Below, piece after piece: positions 57,976-64,000 of a stretch of DNA of 64,000 nucleotides. This DNA is from Deltaproteobacteria bacterium (GTDB lineage Bacteria; Desulfobacterota; Desulfuromonadia; Desulfuromonadales; JAAYDE01). Numbering within the stretch: position 1 is the first letter of the stretch; the number at the start of each line of letters is the position of its first letter. A program made the position numbers and the translations under genes. Location of the stretch: positions 11,944 through 75,943 of the forward strand of contig JAFGOW010000217.1 of assembly GCA_016926265.1 (NCBI GenBank), read 5' to 3'. A model generated the notes under the pieces. It was given only the letters and a program-made list of their open reading frames with translations, had not been told where the DNA came from and did no database searches.

Positions 57976-59181
57976 ATGACAATCAATCTGAACCATATCA
58001 TTGATCAGGTCGTGAAGGACAAAGGCGTCAACCGTGGAGTCCTCATTGAAGCTCTCGAATCGGCGGTATTGTCGGCGGCCAACCGGAAGTACCGCAACAC
58101 ACGCGATCTCGAAGCCCATTACAACCCGGAAATCGGCGAGGTGGAAGTATTCGAGTTCGTCACCGTGGTGGAGGAGGTCGAGGACTCCTACAAACAGATC
58201 CATCTGGAAGAGGCCAGGGAATCCGATCCCGACGTCCAGATCGGAGATGAACTGGGGATGAAAATCGATGCCTCCAATTTCAGCCGGATCGCCGCCCAGA
58301 CCGCCAAGCAGGTTATTATCCAGAAGGTTCGGGAAGCCGAAAGGGAAGGGGTTTTTAACGAATTCAAGGACCGTGTCGGGGAACTCGTCAACGGCATTGT
58401 CCGCCGCTACGAGCGCGGGGATCTGATCGTCGATCTCGGCAAGGCGGAAGCGATTCTCCCCCACCGTCAACAGGTTTTTCGCGAAAGCTACCGCCAGGGA
58501 GACCGGGTGCGGGCTTACATCGCCGAAGTCAATCTCTCCGTCAAGGGCCCCCAGATCGTCCTCTCCCGGACCCACGAAGGGCTCGTCGCCGCCCTTTTTG
58601 CCTCCGAAGTACCTGAAATTTCAGAAGGAATCGTCGAACTCAAAGGGGTTTCCCGCGAACCCGGCAGCCGAACCAAGATTGCGGTCTTTTCCCACGACCG
58701 GGACGTCGATCCCGTCGGGGCCTGTGTCGGAATGCGCGGCAGTCGTGTTCAGAATGTGGTCACCGAACTGCGCGGCGAGAAAATCGACATCATCCCCTGG
58801 TCCGACGATATTGCCCAGTTTGCCTGTTCGGCTCTGGCCCCCGCCGAAGTGACCAGGGTTTACGTCGACAAGGGAGAGCGGTCCCTGGAGATCATCGTTC
58901 CCGACGACCAGCTCTCCCTCGCTATCGGCAAAAAAGGGCAGAATGTCCGGTTGGCGGCCAAGCTGGTCAACTGGCGCATCGACATTAAAAGTGAATCCCA
59001 GGCCGCCGCTGCGGCTCAGGCTTCCAATGAGGAACCGGCTTCCCTCGGATACGTGGTTGATCCGCTTCAGGAAGAACGCCCGACCCCGCCTCCCGTTTCG
59101 GAGGGTACTTCTGAGCCCCCGGCCTCGGTAGCCGTCCCCGAGGAGAATTCCGTGACGGCCGAAGCCGATGACGGTGAGTGA
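57976..59181 (+). CDS. nusA: Transcription termination/antitermination factor NusA
   Basis: S1 and KH domains ([33 protein letters not shown]). Start at the internal ATG ([10 protein letters not shown]). Confidence 0.95.
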   Translation: MTINLNHIIDQVVKDKGVNRGVLIEALESAVLSAANRKYRNTRDLEAHYNPEIGEVEVFEFVTVVEEVEDSYKQIHLEEARESDPDVQIGDELGMKIDASNFSRIAAQTAKQVIIQKVREAEREGVFNEFKDRVGELVNGIVRRYERGDLIVDLGKAEAILPHRQQVFRESYRQGDRVRAYIAEVNLSVKGPQIVLSRTHEGLVAALFASEVPEISEGIVELKGVSREPGSRTKIAVFSHDRDVDPVGACVGMRGSRVQNVVTELRGEKIDIIPWSDDIAQFACSALAPAEVTRVYVDKGERSLEIIVPDDQLSLAIGKKGQNVRLAAKLVNWRIDIKSESQAAAAAQASNEEPASLGYVVDPLQEERPTPPPVSEGTSEPPASVAVPEENSVTAEADDGE

Positions 59182-59800
59182 TTCCGAAATTCGGCCCCCA
59201 AGCCCGTTTCCTGCCGGGCAGGGTGTGACGAGAACCTGTCTGGGGTGCCGAAAGGGTTTTCCCCAGGGGCAACTGGTGCGGTTCGTATTGGCGCCCGATG
59301 GGGAGCTGCTGGTTGACTACCGGAAAAAACTGCCGGGGCGTGGAGCCTATACCTGTCCCAGTCAGGAATGCATCCGGGAGGCGGTGGCCCGCAAGCAGTT
59401 TCAACGCAGCTTTCGGGTAGCGCCGCGGGAAATCGATCTCGATCGGTTGCTGGCCGATCTTAAGGACCAGATTCTCAAACGGGTTCTCAGTCTTTTGGGA
59501 ATGGCCCGGAAATCCTCCCAGGTGGTCCTGGGGAGCAACTTGGTGGTCGCCGGGTTGACAGGTGGGGAGCGTTTTCAACGGCTCTTTCTCGCAACCGATA
59601 TGTCCTTGGATATCGCTGCCAAGGTAAGGTATAAAGCGGAGGGTTGCGGAATTCCCTGGCACTCCTTTTTCGACAAGGAAACCATGGGGCGGATTTCGGG
59701 AAAAAGCGAATGCAGCGTCATCGCGGTTACGAACCGCCCCTTGGCCGATGCCATGGGGTTGGAGATTTCGAGACTGCAGCATATTTCAGGGGAAAGTTGA
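59168..59800 (+). CDS. YlxR (DUF448) fused to L7Ae/YlxQ-like RNA-binding domain
   Basis: The N-terminal half has [19 protein letters not shown]...LPGRGAYTC (YlxR). The C-terminal half has [18 protein letters not shown]...[13 protein letters not shown] (L7Ae-like). TGATG overlap with infB. Confidence 0.85.
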   Translation: MTVSDSEIRPPSPFPAGQGVTRTCLGCRKGFPQGQLVRFVLAPDGELLVDYRKKLPGRGAYTCPSQECIREAVARKQFQRSFRVAPREIDLDRLLADLKDQILKRVLSLLGMARKSSQVVLGSNLVVAGLTGGERFQRLFLATDMSLDIAAKVRYKAEGCGIPWHSFFDKETMGRISGKSECSVIAVTNRPLADAMGLEISRLQHISGES

Positions 59801-62547
59801 TGGGGAAAATTCGAGTTTACGAACTGGCGCAGAAGCTGGGGATGGACAACAAGGCTTTGATGGAAAAACTCACCGGTCTGGGGATCGATGTCAAAAGCCA
59901 CATGAGCGTTCTGGAGGAGGATGACCTTCAGAAAATCCAGGCTGGACCGGCGCCCGAAGCAACCGGGGAAAACAAATACGTTGAAAAACGCGTTTCCCAG
60001 GAGATTATTCGGAGAAGGCGGAAAGAACCCGCGGCTCCTCCCAGCACCGAGGCCCTTGCCCCAACCGAGCCTGCCACCGTCCCTGAAACCCCCGTTATCC
60101 CGACTGCTCCAGCGCCGGAGATCCTTGAAGCCGAAGAGGCGACCGTTTCCCCCGAAACCATCGCCCTGTCTGGTGAAGAACACCCTTCCATTTCCGAGCC
60201 CGCCGCGGCGTCCCTCCCTGAGGCCAAACCGGAACCGCCATCGGCCCCTGTCGGCGAACAAAAAGGCGCGGCTTCCGAACCCCTTCCGGAAACACCACCC
60301 CCGGTCAAGGAAGAACCCGCCCCGCCAACCGGACCGATCCTCTTTACCCCAGCCAAAAGAACTTCCAAACCCAGTTCGGGGACAGCCCGAATCCTGGGGC
60401 GGGTGGACTTGGGACGCTCAGTTGAAAAACCAAAACCGGTCATTTCAGCCCCGGTCGCGGTTCCGGAGATGCCGACCGGAGAAGGAGAAGCCAAAAAAGC
60501 CGCCGTCAAAGGGGGACGTTCCCTTCCTCCCGAGGTCGAACAGCAGAAAAAAGCTCCGTCCAAAAACCTCCGTGGCGAACGAAAAAAACAAAAAATCCGG
60601 GTGGTCGATATCGCTTCCGAACTGGAGGTTGAGGAGGAGCCGACTCCCGTCCAGCCGGAGCGCCGGGAAATCTTCGAGCCCAAACGCATGGATCGCTCGT
60701 CACGTGGGCGTCGTGGCTCCAGACAGCTTCTGAAAAAGACCGAAGTCACGGTACCCAAGGCCATCAAAAGGATTATCCGCATCAGCGATGTGATCACGGT
60801 GGGAGAACTGGCGAAACGAATGGGGATCAAGGCAAACGAGCTGATCAAGTTGTTGATGAAGCAGGGGAGCATGGTCACCATCAATCATCCCCTCGATTTC
60901 GATACCGCCGCCATCCTGGCTTCCGAATTTTCCTATGAAGTCGAGAACGTTGCCTTTGACGAGGAGAGCATCCTCAAGCACCAGCAGATTCGTGAACCCG
61001 AGGAAGGCGAAGCCGCCGACAATCTCCAGCTCCGGCCCCCCGTTGTCACCATCATGGGGCACGTTGACCATGGCAAGACCAGCCTTCTGGACGCCATCCG
61101 GACCACCAACGTGATCGCCCAGGAAGCGGGAGGCATTACCCAGCATATCGGAGCCTACCAGGTCGAGTTGAAAGGGAAGAAGATCTGCTTCCTGGACACC
61201 CCCGGCCATGAAGCCTTTACTTCCATGCGCGCCCGCGGTGCCAAAGTGACCGATATCGTGGTTCTGGTCGTGGCCGCGGATGACGGGGTCATGCCGCAGA
61301 CCGAAGAGGCTATCAACCATTCCAAAGCGGCCGGAGTGCCGATTATCGTCGCCATCAACAAGATCGACAAGGCAGAAGCCAACCCCGACCGTGTCAAGCA
61401 GGGGCTGACCGAATTCGCTCTGGTCCCGGAGGAATGGGGGGGCGAAACCATCTTTGTCGAAGTCTCGGCCAAAAAACAGCTCAATCTGGATGAACTTCTG
61501 GAGATGATCCTGCTTCAGGCCGAGGTGATGGAACTCAAAGCCGATCCCGCCAAGCGGGCCAAGGGAACGATCGTAGAAGCCAGGCTCGATAGGGGTCGGG
61601 GCGCCGTGGCCACGGTTCTGGTACAGGAGGGAACTTTGCGGGTCGGCGACCCGGTGGTGACAGGGATTCACTACGGACATGTCCGGACCATGGTCAACGA
61701 TCGCGGTGACCGGCTTCTTGAAGCCGGACCTTCCACCCCCGTTGAGATAACCGGCCTTTCCGGAGTTCCCGATGCCGGCGATAATTTCTATTGCCTCGAA
61801 GATGAAAAAGCGGCCAAGGAAGTGGCGCTTCATCGTCAGCAGAAGATCCGCGAAGCGGAAATGGCCAAAACCTCCAAGATTTCCCTTGAACAGCTCTATG
61901 CCCGGATCAAGGAGGGGGGCGTCAAGGAACTCAACGTCATTCTCAAGGCCGATGTCCAGGGCTCCGTGGAAGCGGTAAGGGATTCGCTCACCAAACTGAC
62001 CACCACCAACTGCCGGTTGTCGGTCCTTCACTCGGGGGTGGGGGGCATCACCGAAACCGATGTCTCGCTGGCTTCCGCCTCCGACGCCATCATCCTGGGT
62101 TTCAACGTCCGACCTGAAACCAAGGCGGCTGCTCTGGCCGAGGCCGAAGGAGTCGATATCCGCCTTTACAACATCATCTACGATGCCGTCAACGATATCC
62201 GCGACGCCATGGAAGGGTTGCTGGCGCCGACCTATCGGGAGAAGGAACTGGGGCGTGTGGAGATCCGGGAAGCCTTCCATATTTCCAAGGTGGGAACGGT
62301 GGCCGGCTGTTATGTCTTGGAAGGGAAGGTTCAGCGCAATGCCCAGGTCCGCCTGGTGCGGGACAACGTAGTGGTCTGGAAGGGGAAGATGAGTTCCCTG
62401 AAACGTTTCAAGGACGACGTCCGGGAAGTAGCCAGCGGCTACGAATGCGGCATCGCCCTGGACGGCTATAATGATATCAAACCCGGCGATATCATAGAGG
62501 TTTTCGAAATGGAAGTAATCAAGACCAAGCTGGGAGGAAGCGTTTAA
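59800..62547 (+). CDS. infB: Translation initiation factor IF-2
   Basis: [15 protein letters not shown]-terminus, a Pro/Ala/Glu-rich linker, and G-domain motifs [18 protein letters not shown]. Confidence 0.96.
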   Translation: MGKIRVYELAQKLGMDNKALMEKLTGLGIDVKSHMSVLEEDDLQKIQAGPAPEATGENKYVEKRVSQEIIRRRRKEPAAPPSTEALAPTEPATVPETPVIPTAPAPEILEAEEATVSPETIALSGEEHPSISEPAAASLPEAKPEPPSAPVGEQKGAASEPLPETPPPVKEEPAPPTGPILFTPAKRTSKPSSGTARILGRVDLGRSVEKPKPVISAPVAVPEMPTGEGEAKKAAVKGGRSLPPEVEQQKKAPSKNLRGERKKQKIRVVDIASELEVEEEPTPVQPERREIFEPKRMDRSSRGRRGSRQLLKKTEVTVPKAIKRIIRISDVITVGELAKRMGIKANELIKLLMKQGSMVTINHPLDFDTAAILASEFSYEVENVAFDEESILKHQQIREPEEGEAADNLQLRPPVVTIMGHVDHGKTSLLDAIRTTNVIAQEAGGITQHIGAYQVELKGKKICFLDTPGHEAFTSMRARGAKVTDIVVLVVAADDGVMPQTEEAINHSKAAGVPIIVAINKIDKAEANPDRVKQGLTEFALVPEEWGGETIFVEVSAKKQLNLDELLEMILLQAEVMELKADPAKRAKGTIVEARLDRGRGAVATVLVQEGTLRVGDPVVTGIHYGHVRTMVNDRGDRLLEAGPSTPVEITGLSGVPDAGDNFYCLEDEKAAKEVALHRQQKIREAEMAKTSKISLEQLYARIKEGGVKELNVILKADVQGSVEAVRDSLTKLTTTNCRLSVLHSGVGGITETDVSLASASDAIILGFNVRPETKAAALAEAEGVDIRLYNIIYDAVNDIRDAMEGLLAPTYREKELGRVEIREAFHISKVGTVAGCYVLEGKVQRNAQVRLVRDNVVVWKGKMSSLKRFKDDVREVASGYECGIALDGYNDIKPGDIIEVFEMEVIKTKLGGSV

Positions 62548-62552
62548 TCGCG

Positions 62553-62840
62553 GTGGTGGTCGGGGTGTTGCGGCTGGAGCTTTTGCTCCATGCACCGCAA
62601 AATCTTAAGGAAAAACGGGCTATCGTCCAGAAGCTTTTGGGACGGTGTCGAGCCCGTTTTCCCGTTTCGGCGGCCGAGGTGGATCACCAGAATCTCTGGA
62701 AGCGGTCAACCCTCGGCTTTGCCGTGGTTGAGCAGAGCGAAAAGGAAATCGATCCTTTGTTCGCCAAAATCGAAGGGGAGATTTTGGCGGCGGGATTGGC
62801 CGACATCACCGCCAGGGATCAGGAATTCCTCCATTATTGA
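62553..62840 (+). CDS. DUF503 family protein (YlxP-like)
   Basis: 95 aa with a GTG start. [20 protein letters not shown] pattern. Conserved position between infB and rbfA. Confidence 0.8.
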   Translation: MVVGVLRLELLLHAPQNLKEKRAIVQKLLGRCRARFPVSAAEVDHQNLWKRSTLGFAVVEQSEKEIDPLFAKIEGEILAAGLADITARDQEFLHY

Positions 62841-62854
62841 GACAGGAGTCCGGT

Positions 62855-63235
62855 TTGGGCACCAGACGGCCCCAACGCATCGGCGAGCAGATCCAGAAGG
62901 AGATATCCGCGCTCCTTAACAAGGGGTTGAAGGATCCTCGGGTCGGCTTCGTCACCATCACCGGCGTCGAGGTGACGCCCGATCTCCATCTGGCCAAGGT
63001 CTTTTATACGGTGCTTGGCGATGAAAACGTGCGCCGAAACACCGAACGGGGCCTCAAAAATGCCGTCCCATACCTTCGCCATGAGTTGGGACGCCGCATT
63101 CGGCTCCGCTATACCCCCGATCTGGCGTTTATTTTTGATTCCACCCTGGATTACGGCGAACGCATCGAAACCCTGCTGCGCCAAGCTGCCGCCACCCGGA
63201 GCGAGGATGATTCGGAAGATTCTGGAAGCGATTGA
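62855..63235 (+). CDS. rbfA: Ribosome-binding factor A
   Basis: [20 protein letters not shown] aligns with the E. coli RbfA N-terminus. TTG at 62855 is preceded by AGGAG; the ORF track start at 62837 is an alternative. Confidence 0.88.
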   Translation: MGTRRPQRIGEQIQKEISALLNKGLKDPRVGFVTITGVEVTPDLHLAKVFYTVLGDENVRRNTERGLKNAVPYLRHELGRRIRLRYTPDLAFIFDSTLDYGERIETLLRQAAATRSEDDSEDSGSD

Positions 63236-64000
63236 AAGCAATGGCCGCTTTTTGGTGGCCGCCCACCGCAACCCCGACGGGGATGCCATTGCCTCCACCT
63301 TGGCCCTGGGAAACGCCCTCAGGGAAATGGGGAAGGAGACAACGACCTTCAACGCCGACCCGGTGCCGTCGTCCTATCTCTTTCTCCCCGGCGCCGACGC
63401 CATGGTCCAACAGGTTTCCGATCGCCCTCAGTTTTTCGAAGTCGGTTTCATCCTTGATTCCGGGGAGTTGAGCAGGGCCGGGGACTATCTCAAGGATCGA
63501 TGCCGGACCCTTGTCAATATCGATCACCACCGCAATGCGGAGGTTTTCGGAGCAATCAATTACCTCGACCCCGACGCCAGTTCCACCGGCATCCTGATCC
63601 ACCGTCTTCTGAAAAATTACCCCCGTTATCGATTTTCCAGCGCCGTGGCAACCTGCATCTATACCGCCATTCTTTCCGATACGGGCTCCTTCCGTTTTGC
63701 AAACACCGACAAAGAATCCTTTCAGGTCGCCGCCGAGCTGCTCGATTACGGCATCGATCCTTGCCAAATCGCCAGTCACCTTTATGAGAACCAGGAAGCC
63801 CGGATTTATCAGCTTCTGGGGCAGGCCCTTTCTTCTCTCAAACTGTCCCAAGGCGGGCGGGTCGCCTCCATTTCCGTTTCTTTGGAAGAGATGGAAAAAA
63901 CCGGCACCAGCCCGGTCCATACCGACGGTTTCATTAACTATCCCCGCTCCATTCGAGGCGTGGAGGTGGCGTTGTTTTTCCGCCAGGACCAACCCAACCT
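63207..64000 (+). CDS. nrnA: DHH-family phosphoesterase NrnA (oligoribonuclease/pAp phosphatase), 3' end outside window
   Basis: Not in ORF track because it runs off the window edge. Manual translation gives [30 protein letters not shown]...NIDHH...LSDTGSFRF, containing the DHH motifs I-IV. Confidence 0.85.
   Translation, partial: MIRKILEAIESNGRFLVAAHRNPDGDAIASTLALGNALREMGKETTTFNADPVPSSYLFLPGADAMVQQVSDRPQFFEVGFILDSGELSRAGDYLKDRCRTLVNIDHHRNAEVFGAINYLDPDASSTGILIHRLLKNYPRYRFSSAVATCIYTAILSDTGSFRFANTDKESFQVAAELLDYGIDPCQIASHLYENQEARIYQLLGQALSSLKLSQGGRVASISVSLEEMEKTGTSPVHTDGFINYPRSIRGVEVALFFRQDQPN

Overview
This 64-kb window looks like ordinary core chromosome from a moderately GC-rich bacterium. 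Gene content and synteny resemble Desulfobacterota (deltaproteobacteria-like): archaeal-type ApgM, IorAB, class-1B PyrK/PyrD, and a DHH-CBS-CCA/poly(A) polymerase fusion. That taxonomic call is low confidence. I support about 60 protein-coding genes, most of them housekeeping:
- hypAB; yicC-gmk-rpoZ-rel; rpmB; purNM; rimI; pyrKD; scpAB-rluB
- mutL-miaA-hfq; pgsA; clpS-clpA-aat; hflKC; lemA-TPM-TPM; sfsA; a cysteine synthase; corA
- mutS-ami-glnD-xerD; apgM; iorAB; holC-rsmE-trmJ-rlmD
- rimP-nusA-ylxR/L7Ae-infB-DUF503-rbfA-nrnA

By eye I found no rRNA, tRNA, CRISPR array, transposase, prophage or recognisable defence genes. Two genes run off the window edges and are missing from the ORF track; I recovered them by manual translation (hypB at the 5' end, nrnA at the 3' end). 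The many long ORFs antisense to well-supported genes are treated as GC-driven artefacts.

I cannot point to a clear-cut novel system. The most interesting candidates are:
1. A self-contained two-gene operon pairing a SelD-N-terminal-like FAD oxidoreductase with a rhodanese fused to a di-iron ferritin-like domain (31.3-33.3 kb).
2. An orphan bipartite TPR protein plus ExeA/MshM-type AAA+ ATPase pair (16.2-19.9 kb). It is preceded by about 460 bp of non-coding sequence with sigma54-like and sigma70-like promoter motifs.
3. An unexplained 379-bp non-coding stretch downstream of hfq, where hflX would be expected.
4. A small accessory-looking patch (37.4-39.5 kb) with an internally deleted MFS transporter and an A/T-richer gene for a small 4-TM protein.

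All functional calls come from motif recognition by eye and remembered family signatures. No database search or folding was run.
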